Shown: positions 9,293 to 19,567, counted from the first letter of the stretch. The stretch is DNA of 64,000 bases from an uncultured Gammaproteobacteria bacterium (GCA_964452565.1 CAYVLY010000002.1:119166-183165), one strand, 5' to 3'. A program made the numbers and translations. Notes: generated by a model from the letters alone, not told the origin.

Positions 9293-9988
9293 ATGAACAT
9301 CAATATCTCCATTCGCCTTCACCCACCGCATAGCCTCGGGTTCCTCTTGGACCAGTTCAGGGAGGAACTTGAGCAGGTCATGGCATGGGTGGGGGGCCTG
9401 GACTCTCCGAGGCTCCTGGTCCAGTCCCAAGACGACTCCACGAGATCTGTCGTTCCGACAGAGTACATATCTACACGCCACCGATTACCTCTCTCCTTAG
9501 GGCGCGCCCTCCTGGTCGCCGAGGACGCATGGGGCCTCCTGAAGAGCCACCATCCAGAGCTGCCGGATGCGGTGATCCGCATCGGCACGCAGGACCAGTA
9601 CATGAAGAAGGGGCACTGGAGTCCCTCTCGCTGGCGGATTCAAGGCCAGGATCTGGGTGAGGTGATGATCGCGGGAGAGCACTTCCATAGGGGAGGAGAG
9701 GCAATTACTGCGACCCTGATCCACGAATCTGCCCATTCTCTGGGTACATATCGGGGCATCAAGAACTGCATCGGCGGAACCTACCACACTCAGGCTTTCG
9801 TTGAATTGGCCCACGAGGTCGGCCTGCATGTCTACGAACCATCGAAGAAGTACGGATTCGGTCACACCTCTCTGACAGCCTCGACCAGGAGCATCTTCAG
9901 CAGCCACATCAGGGAGTTGGACAGGCTCTTGACTGGCTTCCGGCTCTCGAAGGGACGCCATACCATGCGTGGAAGGGAGGTGAGATGA
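9293..9988 (+). CDS. SprT-like zinc metalloprotease
   Basis: TLIHESAH (HExxH) plus downstream YH...F..LA.EVGL. Confidence 0.75.
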   Translation: MNINISIRLHPPHSLGFLLDQFREELEQVMAWVGGLDSPRLLVQSQDDSTRSVVPTEYISTRHRLPLSLGRALLVAEDAWGLLKSHHPELPDAVIRIGTQDQYMKKGHWSPSRWRIQGQDLGEVMIAGEHFHRGGEAITATLIHESAHSLGTYRGIKNCIGGTYHTQAFVELAHEVGLHVYEPSKKYGFGHTSLTASTRSIFSSHIRELDRLLTGFRLSKGRHTMRGREVR

Positions 9989-11769
9989 GCGCTCTTCTGG
10001 CCTTCGTACGGGGTCTTTTTGCCATTCCAGCCCCGCCAGCGTTCCGCTCGCAACTCGATATGGCTTCCTCGGGGGAGCAGATGGATGAAGAGCTTCCGCC
10101 GCTCGCTCGTGAGCAGCCACATCGTGCCGACCTACTCCTCGATGAAGACACCTTCTGTGCCGAGGACACGGCGCAACACCGAAGCACACAGCTTCAGGAG
10201 CAGCAAGCAGCCCAGGAGACGGAGCACGACCTTGATGACCATTACCTCGCCTTTCCAGCCCCGCTCTTGGATGTGGCCTGGTTGATCGGGTGTGCAGTCT
10301 TCTCTGCGGGTATCGCCGTCATCGACACGTGGACTTTCCTGAACGTTGGCGCCCTCCGGGTCGGCGTTGATCCAGCTACCGTCTTCTCCGAGCCGAGAAG
10401 CACCCAGGGCATGGTGTTCGCTTGGGCTTTCGGTCTGGTCCTATCTGGTCTCCTGCCAGCCCACGTCTTCCTCGATAGCGCGTACCCCTCGCAGGGGCCG
10501 CAGAGATGGCTTCTGGCCACCGCGTCTGGACCAGTTCTGCTCGGCACGTGCTACCTGCTCGCCAAGGTTCGTGAGGAAGCGAGCGGCAGCGTCAGCCTTC
10601 TCGAGGCCAACGCCCAGAACGCGGGACCGGATTTCGAGATGTTGCTCCTGCCCATCCTGCTTTCAGTGACTCTCTCCATTCTTCTTGCTGCTGGAATCCG
10701 GCAATGCAGGGTGCTGGCAGGCAGAATCCGCGGGGACATCTCCAAGACGTTCAACCAACGATGGGTCATCAGGCGCAGGCGCTCAAGGGTGCGTCAGTCG
10801 GAACGCGCGATTCGCTCAATTCGCCGCCGTCGCCATCAGATTGCCCAGCACTTCGACGCCGCCCATGTCTTAGGCCAGGCCCTTGCTGGAGACAATCCCG
10901 ATCTCACTCAACCGGAACGAGAGCGCCGTGCCGAAGTCCGTGCGCAGGCCACCCGGACTGCTTTGGGCCTTGAGGTAGGTCAGCGTGCTCGCCGATTCCT
11001 GTTCGGTGGCCTCATGCTCGGCACCGCAGTGCTCCTCCTCTTCTTGATGGCAGGCTGTGAGCCGATGCCGGCGCGATCTGCAGGCGTGGTCGTAGTCTAC
11101 GACGCTTCTTCCAGTGCGGGTCTCTGCAATGAGCAGGGGTGCAGGACAGAGGACCTGGTGGAGCTCTACAAGGGGTTCTCCGAAGCCACTCGCCTTCGTC
11201 AAGGTTCTTGGTTCGAGGTGGTTTTGGTCGGACGAGACGCCCATGTGGCCAGCCTGTACCGATCCCCTGCGTCTGACTTCTCCACAGGGGGCAACCTCCT
11301 CGAAGCCAAGCGGCTTCATGTCCAGGAGCAGAGCAGCCGGATCAGCGAGCTCGATATCGACAGCGGGCAGGCAAGCAGCGCAGTTTCCTATGCGATCTCA
11401 AGCGCGGGAAGGAGACTATCCGAGTCGGAGACCACCCACTCGTATCTCGTCGTGCTCTCTGACCTACGTGACATTCGGCGGGGCCGCTGGAACCTGGAGC
11501 GTCGCGTTCCCGAACCGCAGGAGTACATCGACCTCCTGCAGGCCGACGGCTCCTTCCCCGACCTCAAGGGTGCGGAGGTTCGGGTCTGCGGGGCCCATGA
11601 TCGCCCAGAGCCAGGAATGCACGACTGGAATCCGGCCATGCACAAGGCGCTCACCTCATCCTGGAACGCGGTCTTCAAGGCCGCTGGCGCCTCCTCCTGG
11701 AGGCTCTCGGAGTTCTGCGATTTCAAGAGCTTCTTCAACGATTTCAATGCGTCTACTCCCCACAGATGA
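9985..11769 (+). CDS. Multi-pass membrane protein with C-terminal VWA-like domain
   Basis: About five hydrophobic segments; MIDAS-like VVVYDASSS and LVVLSD. Confidence 0.65.
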   Translation: MSALLAFVRGLFAIPAPPAFRSQLDMASSGEQMDEELPPLAREQPHRADLLLDEDTFCAEDTAQHRSTQLQEQQAAQETEHDLDDHYLAFPAPLLDVAWLIGCAVFSAGIAVIDTWTFLNVGALRVGVDPATVFSEPRSTQGMVFAWAFGLVLSGLLPAHVFLDSAYPSQGPQRWLLATASGPVLLGTCYLLAKVREEASGSVSLLEANAQNAGPDFEMLLLPILLSVTLSILLAAGIRQCRVLAGRIRGDISKTFNQRWVIRRRRSRVRQSERAIRSIRRRRHQIAQHFDAAHVLGQALAGDNPDLTQPERERRAEVRAQATRTALGLEVGQRARRFLFGGLMLGTAVLLLFLMAGCEPMPARSAGVVVVYDASSSAGLCNEQGCRTEDLVELYKGFSEATRLRQGSWFEVVLVGRDAHVASLYRSPASDFSTGGNLLEAKRLHVQEQSSRISELDIDSGQASSAVSYAISSAGRRLSESETTHSYLVVLSDLRDIRRGRWNLERRVPEPQEYIDLLQADGSFPDLKGAEVRVCGAHDRPEPGMHDWNPAMHKALTSSWNAVFKAAGASSWRLSEFCDFKSFFNDFNASTPHR

Positions 11770-11794
11770 ACACCAACAAACGGAGAAGTACGAG

Positions 11795-12739
11795 ATGAAT
11801 ACGATCCCCCTCTTTCAGGCCGGTGCTCATCGAGGCGGCCGCGAATACCGAAGAGCCCTGGTGCGTTCTGGTCAAGCTGATCGCATCGCCGACATCGTCA
11901 TCGCCGATCCCAAGCCCAACAGAGCCACCCGTGAGGCCGAAGAGTACTCCCGGATGGGGTTGAGGACCCTGGCGCTCCAGGAATCCTGCGAGTCTGCGGT
12001 CCGTCAGGTGGACGACGAGCGCCCCATCGTGGCGCTCGTTGACGAGGTCGCCCCCATGGCGCACCTCATCGAGCATCGAACGCGACAGCCCGTGCTCGTC
12101 CAAGGAGTCGGCCGCGGCCCCTCGCTCAACGGCAGCACATCGCCGGCCTTTGGTATGACCTTGGCCAGTTTCCCCGAGCGGGCACAAGAACGCGGGCCTG
12201 CGACGGAGCTGCTGCAGACGTTGGCCAGGCTTTCGCCGCCGGCGAGTTCGCAGGCGATCTCGCGAGATCCGCTCAACGCCATGCGCCTCCACCGAGTGCG
12301 CCGCAACACGAGCGAGGTCACCGCCCATCGCGTTCTGGAACTCGACCGCACACGGGAGCAGGACGATCTTCAGGCCCTGCTGTGGGGCGAGGGCACCTAT
12401 CCCCTGGTTCTGGCTCGCGGCCAAGGCCGTGACGCTCTGGAGGCCCAGAGCCAGGCGCTCGACCTCGTTCCCAGGCGCCCGCACGTGGCCGTGGCGATCT
12501 TCTCCCGCAACCCGGATCGAGTGGACATCTTCGTACTCGATCCCACCACGCGCAGAGATGGCCACTTCGTGCGGATGCACGTTCCGTTCCACGCGCCCGC
12601 CCCCGCTCCCCAACAGATGGGACGCCGGATCATCGACGTGAGCCCCTCCCCGGTGAGCTTGCCCGCCAGAAGGCCCAGGCCGCCCAGGGCCGGCACACCG
12701 GTGCCGAGGTCGGCCATCCGCGCGGCGTTCACCGACTGA
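11795..12739 (+). CDS. Hypothetical protein with Rossmann-like N-terminus
   Basis: FQAGAHRGG...IVIADP beta-alpha-beta pattern; operon position; GGAG SD. Confidence 0.55.
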   Translation: MNTIPLFQAGAHRGGREYRRALVRSGQADRIADIVIADPKPNRATREAEEYSRMGLRTLALQESCESAVRQVDDERPIVALVDEVAPMAHLIEHRTRQPVLVQGVGRGPSLNGSTSPAFGMTLASFPERAQERGPATELLQTLARLSPPASSQAISRDPLNAMRLHRVRRNTSEVTAHRVLELDRTREQDDLQALLWGEGTYPLVLARGQGRDALEAQSQALDLVPRRPHVAVAIFSRNPDRVDIFVLDPTTRRDGHFVRMHVPFHAPAPAPQQMGRRIIDVSPSPVSLPARRPRPPRAGTPVPRSAIRAAFTD

Positions 12740-12749
12740 AGGAGAGTCC

Positions 12750-13232
12750 ATGAAGCGCATCCTGCCTCTGGCCATCATCGCCATCATCATCCTGACCGCG
12801 TTGGCTGGCCCGGTCGTTTCCGGCTTCCTGTTCATGGGAGCCATCCTGTGCTTCGCGGGCGCCGGGTGCATCATGATTGCCGGAGCAGAAGCACTGGCCG
12901 GGCGTCTGGCCGCCTACGCGGGAGGCTGTCTTTTCGCGGGGATTATCCTGCGGGCCGTCGCTGGGGCGAGCGCTCAGTTGAGTCCGAGCATCATGGTCGG
13001 GCTCCTGGCGCTCCTGGGCTTGGTCGTGCTTGCAGGAGCCTTGGTCCTCCTGTCCCGGATCATCGTGCAACGGCCGCCGGCGGGTCCTCGACCTCGGCCC
13101 ATGGCCAGACCACGGGCTCGCCTGGTCGAGCACATCGAATCCGATCCTACCGCGTGGGTGGGCACTCGACAGTCTGCTCGCACCGACGACGAGCTGGGCA
13201 TCCTCGGTGAGGGTGATGTTCGCCAGAGATGA
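12750..13232 (+). CDS. Small membrane protein (about 4 TM)
   Basis: Hydrophobic segments; SD AAGGAG. Confidence 0.7.
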   Translation: MKRILPLAIIAIIILTALAGPVVSGFLFMGAILCFAGAGCIMIAGAEALAGRLAAYAGGCLFAGIILRAVAGASAQLSPSIMVGLLALLGLVVLAGALVLLSRIIVQRPPAGPRPRPMARPRARLVEHIESDPTAWVGTRQSARTDDELGILGEGDVRQR

Positions 13233-14700
13233 GCGACTACCTGTGGGGCAAGGGCAGCAGGACGTGCTCCCGCTGGCCGCCTCCACATTGGTCGAGGCCC
13301 ATTCGGCTCAAGTGGGTGGGACGGGATCTGGTAAGACCGGTTTCCTCATCGGCAGGGTCATGACCCTCCTCTCGTGCCTTCCCGGACGAGTCCACGTCTG
13401 CGTCCTGGATGGCAAAGGAGAGGCAGCCAGAGATCTACTCGGCACGTTCGCCCCAGCAATTGCCCACGAGAGCTGGGGGCTCAAGGCAGACCAGATTGGT
13501 GTCTGCTCGCCCTGGAAAGATGGCTGCCACGTCGGCCTGAACCTGCTCGCCCGACAGCCGGGGATGCCGGTCGATGTGCAAGCAAGCCAGGCCAGCAGAG
13601 CGATTCAGCGACTCGTAGGTGACAACTTCGGGCAGCGAATGGCCCCGATGATCATGATGGTTCTACGAGCCGTAATCGAGCTCAAGGGCTCGCTGCACGA
13701 CGTACTTCGTATCCTGGAAGACGACGAAATCGGCATCGCAGTAGGCCGACGAGTTCGAGACCCCGATGTCCGGCGCTATCTCATCGAAGTGCTTCCACGC
13801 GAGCCAGCGGCGACCAAGGCAGCTCTGCGGGCGCGTCTTGTGGGCCTCTTGGGTCTGCGGGCGATGCGCGCCATGCTCTGCTCCAGAGAGAGCATCACCG
13901 GAGTGGACTTCATCAATTCCCGGTTGAGCATCATCGACCTCGGAGGGGCGCCACCAGGCCATGCAGATCTGTCCATGTGGCTTGGTACTTGGATTTTCAA
14001 CATCATCACCTCTGCGATCTTGAACCGGCCAGACGAGCCCGGCAGACCACAGCTCTGTCTGTTCGTGGATGAGTTCCATCATCTGATCCACTCGCACGCT
14101 GACCTTGAGCAGCTCCTGACGATGGCCCGTTGGAAGGACACCAGCGTGCATCTGACGACTCAATCTCTGGCCCAGGTGCAGAACCAGCGGCTCATTCAAA
14201 CGGCCCTTGCTAATATTGGAATGTTCGTAGCGTTTCGCCCGCGGCCTGAAGACCTGCACCATTTTGGGCACCTCATTTCAGGCAGGGGTCACGTAGTGGA
14301 CCCCGAGCTTCCAGATCGGTTGCTGGAGCCTTCCAGGCAGACCCAGCTCTGGACCACCCGCCTTCGAGCACTGCCGCCTCGCTACGCTTGGCTTGTGGAT
14401 CTCTCACAAGGAGGGGAGAGCCACATCATCCGCAGCCTGGAGCTGCCATACCAGCGAGCCCGCCAGATCTCCGAACGCCTGTCAGCAGAACAGCGCCACG
14501 CCTTCTGGCGCGGCAAGTTCGGCAAGACCGTCGAGGAGCTCGAATCTGACGCTGCAACAGCTCTCAAGGGCATTCAGAAGCCAGGAGCAGGCCAACAGGG
14601 CGACATGCTCGATGGCCTCGGCAGCGGTGGATCCGGTCGGAGGGCCGGGCGTGGGAAGGGCAAGAAGAGCCCGACTTTCATGATGGAGCTACCAGAATGA
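13216..14700 (+). CDS. VirD4/TraG-like type IV coupling ATPase (no N-terminal TM)
   Basis: Walker A HSAQVGGTGSGKT, VLDGKGE, LNLL, Walker B LFVDEFH, then AR..LTTQSLAQ. Confidence 0.85.
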   Translation: MFARDERLPVGQGQQDVLPLAASTLVEAHSAQVGGTGSGKTGFLIGRVMTLLSCLPGRVHVCVLDGKGEAARDLLGTFAPAIAHESWGLKADQIGVCSPWKDGCHVGLNLLARQPGMPVDVQASQASRAIQRLVGDNFGQRMAPMIMMVLRAVIELKGSLHDVLRILEDDEIGIAVGRRVRDPDVRRYLIEVLPREPAATKAALRARLVGLLGLRAMRAMLCSRESITGVDFINSRLSIIDLGGAPPGHADLSMWLGTWIFNIITSAILNRPDEPGRPQLCLFVDEFHHLIHSHADLEQLLTMARWKDTSVHLTTQSLAQVQNQRLIQTALANIGMFVAFRPRPEDLHHFGHLISGRGHVVDPELPDRLLEPSRQTQLWTTRLRALPPRYAWLVDLSQGGESHIIRSLELPYQRARQISERLSAEQRHAFWRGKFGKTVEELESDAATALKGIQKPGAGQQGDMLDGLGSGGSGRRAGRGKGKKSPTFMMELPE

Positions 14701-15044
14701 CCGCCGCACTCCTCAACGCTCTGGGGCAGGTCCAAGGGTCCTTGCTCATGCGCCTTGGACTGGCGCTGCTTGTGCTGCCTCTGCTGCCTGTGGCGGTAGT
14801 TGTCGATGGGCTGCGATCGCTCATCCGCGCGCAGGCGGAATCTCGGGTGCTCTCTGCTGGAACAGCTCTCTGCCCTGCTGGGCACCGGCTGTCGCTGCAG
14901 GGCGCATATGAGTGCGAGCAATGCCGGCTTCCCTTTGAGGGGCATGGCTTTGGAGAGTGCCCACACTGTCGGCACGTGGCCCACAGCCTCCGATGTCCAT
15001 GCGGCCGAGTGGTCGTCAATCCTCTGTGGAGCCCAGAGCCGTGA
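14697..15044 (+). CDS. Membrane-anchored double zinc-ribbon protein
   Basis: N-terminal TM then CPAGH, CEQC, CPHC, CPCG. Confidence 0.7.
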   Translation: MTAALLNALGQVQGSLLMRLGLALLVLPLLPVAVVVDGLRSLIRAQAESRVLSAGTALCPAGHRLSLQGAYECEQCRLPFEGHGFGECPHCRHVAHSLRCPCGRVVVNPLWSPEP

Positions 15045-16006
15045 GCAAGCTGAAGTGCCCAGCTCGGACTCGGCCCCGCCCTCCTGGCGGAACCAGGGTG
15101 ATGCCCAGGGACAAGCTCATTCTGTTGCTCGTGGCCAGATGCGCCCCGGTGACCACCACCCAGGTCCGAACCTACCTGGAGTGCAGCACAGATGTTGCCC
15201 AGCGCCGCTGCCGGGTGCTTCGTGATCATGGGCTGCTCCAAGTGACGCTCGATCCCCGAGGGCTCCATCGGCCCAACCTGCTGACTCTCGGTCTGCCAGC
15301 CATGCCGGTGCTCGACCAGACCTTCGGCTTGAGCCCCGAGCAGTGCCGCCGCCCCAAGGCCATGCCGAGGAACCTGGATCATCACCTTGGAGTCGTGGAC
15401 CTCTACATCCAGTTGAAGGCCGCCACCACAAGATCGAAACGCATCGACCTCGCCGATTCGATGCTGGACTGGGAGCTGCGTCAAGGCCCTGGGGCCCGCC
15501 AGAGGCGGGTACAGGTGCCCGATCTGGTAGCTGTTCTTCAGAGCGACAGTGGGCGCATGGGGCTGGCCATCGAGGTGGACATGGCTACGCAGTCACCCGA
15601 CAGCGTGGTCAGGAACAAGGCCCTGCCATACGCCCAGGCCAGGCTGTCTGGCTCGACCCTCAAGGGCTGCCGCGACTGGGCAGTCCTGATGGTGAGTGCC
15701 AGCGTGCGCCGGCGCAACCGCCTGATGATCCGCCTGGGCCGGGAAGCGCTGCCGCTGGGATTGTTCTACTTCGCCGTCTCGGAGAACATCTCTGCCAGGA
15801 GCTTCCTCGGACGAACTACATGGCGGGCTCGCCACCTGGGCTCCGACGGAGTCGTGCGCTGGCCAGAGACCGACCCCTTTGCACCTATCAGGACGACCCG
15901 TCAGGTCCGTGCTGACGGGTTTCGTGCGCCGTCCAAGCCTTTGCAGGCCGCCAATGGCGCGCCCGCAAACTCCGATCTTGGTCCTCCCGGAGGACCACGG
16001 ACATGA
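15041..16006 (+). CDS. Replication-relaxation (Replic_Relax) family protein 2
   Basis: PRD..IL...TTTQV wHTH, LDHHLGVVD, VPDL...AIEVDMAT; GTGA overlap with the previous gene. Confidence 0.8.
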   Translation: MSKLKCPARTRPRPPGGTRVMPRDKLILLLVARCAPVTTTQVRTYLECSTDVAQRRCRVLRDHGLLQVTLDPRGLHRPNLLTLGLPAMPVLDQTFGLSPEQCRRPKAMPRNLDHHLGVVDLYIQLKAATTRSKRIDLADSMLDWELRQGPGARQRRVQVPDLVAVLQSDSGRMGLAIEVDMATQSPDSVVRNKALPYAQARLSGSTLKGCRDWAVLMVSASVRRRNRLMIRLGREALPLGLFYFAVSENISARSFLGRTTWRARHLGSDGVVRWPETDPFAPIRTTRQVRADGFRAPSKPLQAANGAPANSDLGPPGGPRT

Positions 16007-16513
16007 CCTGCATCCCCAATCCGCTCTTTCTCCAGCTCATCGGTATCGAGAAGCCGATCTCCTCTTCCACTCCCCTCGACCTCGTTCCGCCCATGGACGA
16101 GGTTGCCCGCTGGGAAGAACACCAGGCGCAGCCTGTCTTCTGCCGCGGGACTGACCGGAACGGTGCCAACCACCACAACGCCAACTCTGTGGGGAGTATC
16201 TGGCGTTCAGGTGGCTGGCCGCTGTCGTGGTGCCTACTCCTGTCCCGCATGGCATCGGGCCATCCGACCATCGGGCCACGGGACTCCGGGACCTCGTTCG
16301 CGCCGGGTTCTTCCTGGCCGTCCAGAGCAGCGAGGGGCAGTGGAGGCTGGAGCCAGCTGGGTGGAAGCCATCCACTTGCAGACAATCACCATCTCGTAGC
16401 AGGAGGTGCTCTACATGAGGTAGTCAGGTGCCAAAGCGCATGGCAGTACGATCTGGCTGCGGTGAGGACCGGTAGGGGGCGGCCCCGCCTCATTCAACTA
16501 ATCCTCAATACCT

Positions 16514-16867
16514 ATGCCAAAGTCAAAGAAAAGGCGCCTCCCTCGCTGGGAAACCGATGTCGAGTGGTCCATGTGGGAGTTCAAGGTGTTCCGCCCGACG
16601 CCCTACGACGTCATCTGCGAGAATTACCTTATATATATGGTCAACGGTCAGCTTGGACCGATTCCGAAGGAACTGCTTCAGGTCCTCGGGAAGATCAGAC
16701 AGGCTCTCGAAAGTTCCCCTCGATTCGTGCAGACCGATTCAGAGGAAGACACCTGGGCCATCGTGGACTGGCTCAAGGACGACGATTCGTCCGAGTCCGA
16801 GGAGCCGACCACACAGGCCCGAAAACTCAAAGGGCATGTGCAGGATGGTCCTGCATCTTGCTCGTAA
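16514..16867 (+). CDS. Hypothetical protein
   Basis: 117-aa ORF with plausible composition. Confidence 0.45.
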   Translation: MPKSKKRRLPRWETDVEWSMWEFKVFRPTPYDVICENYLIYMVNGQLGPIPKELLQVLGKIRQALESSPRFVQTDSEEDTWAIVDWLKDDDSSESEEPTTQARKLKGHVQDGPASCS

Positions 16868-16879
16868 CCTCAACACTCT

Positions 16880-17110
16880 ATGACAAGGATCACGCCAACC
16901 TGGGAGCAGTCCGTCGTGGCTGCTCTCCGAGATCTTGGTGGCGAAGCTCATCTCTCCGTCCTCAATCCAGAGGTCGCGAGGCTTCGCAAAGCCGCTGGGA
17001 TTCCACTACCGGCGACCTGGACGGCAACCATCAGGCGGACCTGCCAGCAGTCGAGTCAGATCGTCCAGGACGATCGAGGCTCCGGCGTCTGGCGACTCGT
17101 CACCAGGTAG
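16880..17110 (+). CDS. Stand-alone winged-helix (Mrr_N/HARE-HTH-like) protein
   Basis: TWEQSVVAALRDLGGEAHL...TWTATIRRTCQ...GSGVWRL. Confidence 0.65.
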   Translation: MTRITPTWEQSVVAALRDLGGEAHLSVLNPEVARLRKAAGIPLPATWTATIRRTCQQSSQIVQDDRGSGVWRLVTR

Positions 17111-17680
17111 TCAACCGGGCTGCCTGCTGCTTCGCACTTGATCGCCGCTGTACCACCAGCCTGCTTCGGGCCGCACCCGGCCGGTGTGGGGCCGTCCCAT
17201 TCCGGTTGAACCGCGCCAGATTCTGTCAGCCCAGGCAGCCACCCGCTGCTCCATGGGCTCTCCCTCCAGCTTTCCTGGCCCTGGCTCGTTGGCCAGGGTT
17301 CGCGCAGGCTGTTTCCCCTCACCGCGCCTGGAGCTCTCGCTCTGGGTGGCACGAGGCAACAGCTCCGTGACTGCCTACGGCGCTGCCAGGTTGCGCCTGC
17401 CCAGGCCTGCGGGCTCGCTGGGTTCGCCTTCTTGGTCGTGGCTGTGGGACCACCATGGGTCTTCTCCTCCTATCCAGGCTTCCCGCCTGGCAGGTACTGG
17501 GGGCTCTGTCTCCGTTGCGCTCTGCTCATCAGGGGCGCTTGGGGCTGCAGGAGAGGTGGGAGAGCTCTGGACGGCGAGGCAGCCAGGCCGTCATGGTCTT
17601 TCGTGCGTGAAGCCCCGTGGGTTGCTCTGCACCGGTCGGGTCGCGCGTCCTGTTCTCCACACCGTGGGAGGGATCGACAG

Positions 17681-18406
17681 GTGAGCAGTTCCCGCTACCT
17701 GCGCCGCATGTGGCGGGCGTCCCTTGGCCCGGCCTCCTTGCTGGCCTTGGATGAGTGCGTGGAAGCGCTTCCTGCTCCAGGTCCACAAGCAAAGACCTGG
17801 TTGGTGGAGACTGTGAGCCCCATCGGAGAGGTGGCGGGCGTCAAGGTCTGGCGCTGGGGTGAGGTGCTGGAGGCCATCGAGTCGAAGCGCAGGGGCGTTG
17901 GCGACAAGGAGCCTGCACACTGCGAGCCTGCGTATGCAGACCGCCCTCCGCGCGGGCATCATGTTGAAGAAGAATTGAGCGGTACTGGCACCGACTGGAT
18001 GACTGTGCGCCAAGCCGCAGAGCACTTCCAAGTCTCCGAACGACTGCTCCGCAAGCTGCTCTCCCAAGGGCGGCTTGACGAAGCCGTCGCTCGGGTAGGC
18101 CGAGCAGTGCGGCTCCATCGGGGCCGTCTTGTGACGGCACTCACTGGACAGGAGGATGCCCATGGCCTGGCTCCAAAAGAGCAAGAGGCTCAACCCGGAC
18201 ACGGGGAAGAAGGAAATCTACTACCGAATCTGTTGGAGAGTGAACGGCAAGAAGCGTACCCGCGGCATCGGGTTCTGCGGGGTGGTGGAGGCCAAGGAGC
18301 TTCTCAAAATCTTCGAGGGCAAGCAGGCCGTCGGCGAGGAGGTGGCTCCGCCGCCGAGTTCCGAGCCTACCTCCGCGGAGCCAGCACTGGTTCCGAAGCT
18401 GGCTGA
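17681..18406 (+). CDS. xis: Excisionase-like HTH_17 protein; 3' end overlaps the integrase
   Basis: WMTVRQAAEHFQVSERLLRKLLSQGRL..RVGRAVRL; directly upstream of int. Confidence 0.7.
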   Translation: MSSSRYLRRMWRASLGPASLLALDECVEALPAPGPQAKTWLVETVSPIGEVAGVKVWRWGEVLEAIESKRRGVGDKEPAHCEPAYADRPPRGHHVEEELSGTGTDWMTVRQAAEHFQVSERLLRKLLSQGRLDEAVARVGRAVRLHRGRLVTALTGQEDAHGLAPKEQEAQPGHGEEGNLLPNLLESERQEAYPRHRVLRGGGGQGASQNLRGQAGRRRGGGSAAEFRAYLRGASTGSEAG

Positions 18407-19367
18407 CTACCTGGATGACGTGTTCCTGCCTGTTGTGCAGCGCGACAAGGCGCCCAAGACCTACGCCGGAGCCTGCCGGGCAGCCAATGCGCTCAAGCCC
18501 ATCCTTGGCCAGTTGCAGCTCGACCAGATCAACTTCGCCGCCGCCGATGCCTATGTGACCGAGCGGAAGAAGCTTGGCCGGAGGTCGAGGACCATCATCC
18601 TGGAGCTGCGCTACCTGCGCCAAGCCCTGCAGCACGCCCACGCCTGCGAAGTCATCCGCCAGGTGCCGGAGCTGCCCAGGATTGCCGACCGTGACCGTAA
18701 GCCCCACAAGTTCCTCACCGAAGAGGAGTCTGAGCGCCTGTTGGATGCCCTACGCCCCCTGGACGAGCAGCCCCACCGGGTCACCCGTGGGAGGCCACCC
18801 ATCACCAGGGACCAGCTCACCTACCTGGTGGTGCTGATGGCTCTCAACGCCGGTCTACGCAAGAGCGAGATCCTGACCCGCGGCTGGGAGGATATCCACT
18901 GGCAGCAGGGGCCTCTGGGCACCATCATCATCAGCCACAAGCCCGAGGTGGGTTTCGTGGTGAAGAAGGGGCGCGAACGGGCCATCCCGCTCACACCGAA
19001 TCTGCGCCACGCCCTGGAAGACGCCCACGAGGCTGCCGGCAGGCCGTCATCGGGCTGGATCTTCCCCTCGCCGAGGATTCCTGGCCAGCCGCGAAAGAAC
19101 TTCGCCCAAGCCCTGGCTCGGGCCTGCAGGCGAGCAGGGCTGCCGCGCATCCATCCCCACGGCCTGCGCCACACCTGGGCCACCAGGCTTGCCATGCAGG
19201 GGGTAGACCGTCGGACGCTCATGGAGCTGGGCGGCTGGAAGGAGGGCCGGATGCTTGATGAGATCTACGCCCACACCACCGACGCTCACAAGGCCGAGGT
19301 CATGGCGCGCATGGGCATCGGCCGCCATGAGAAGAGCCCCGAGGGTGAGCCGGATGATGAGGAGTAG
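18156..19367 (+). CDS. int: Tyrosine recombinase / phage-type integrase
   Basis: Catalytic set AGLRKSE, K(KG), HGLRHT, LGGW, IYAH; N-terminal arm-binding-type beta domain. Confidence 0.95.
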   Translation: MPMAWLQKSKRLNPDTGKKEIYYRICWRVNGKKRTRGIGFCGVVEAKELLKIFEGKQAVGEEVAPPPSSEPTSAEPALVPKLADYLDDVFLPVVQRDKAPKTYAGACRAANALKPILGQLQLDQINFAAADAYVTERKKLGRRSRTIILELRYLRQALQHAHACEVIRQVPELPRIADRDRKPHKFLTEEESERLLDALRPLDEQPHRVTRGRPPITRDQLTYLVVLMALNAGLRKSEILTRGWEDIHWQQGPLGTIIISHKPEVGFVVKKGRERAIPLTPNLRHALEDAHEAAGRPSSGWIFPSPRIPGQPRKNFAQALARACRRAGLPRIHPHGLRHTWATRLAMQGVDRRTLMELGGWKEGRMLDEIYAHTTDAHKAEVMARMGIGRHEKSPEGEPDDEE

Positions 19368-19480
19368 GTGCCACCCAGCTGCCACCCACGGCCAGCCTTC
19401 AAGGGCTCTCTGGGAGCAGATTTCTCTGGGTGCCACCCAGAACTGCCACCCAGCAGCCTCAATCGCTCCTTCAACGAAAA

Positions 19481-19509
19481 GACCCACTCTGCGGTTTGCA
19501 AAGTGGGTC
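19481..19509 (-). terminator. Hairpin downstream of the tRNA-Pro fragment
   Basis: GACCCACT...AGTGGGTC stem flanked by A-rich and T-rich tracts. Confidence 0.55.
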
Positions 19510-19524
19510 GTTCTTTTTCGTCGA

Positions 19525-19567
19525 GTCGGGGTGGGCGGATTCGAACCGCCGACTTCCTGCTCCCAAA
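19525..19567 (-). other. att core: 3' half of tRNA-Pro(UGG)
   Basis: Minus strand reads TTTGGGAGCAGGAAGTCGGCGGTTCGAATCCGCCCACCCCGAC; similarity stops at the anticodon loop and no 5' half is present. Confidence 0.9.

Noticed and set aside
11114-11794. N-terminal 227 aa of the 541-aa ORF
   Set aside because: Off-frame overlap with the VWA gene; an SD supports a start at 11795.
16003-17370. 455-aa ORF as a single gene
   Set aside because: Arg/Gly/Ser-rich off-frame composition, and it overlaps better ORFs at 16514 and 16880.
19525-19567. Functional tRNA-Pro gene
   Set aside because: Only the region from the anticodon loop to the 3' end is present; there is no D-arm or 5' acceptor strand, so it is treated as an att core.
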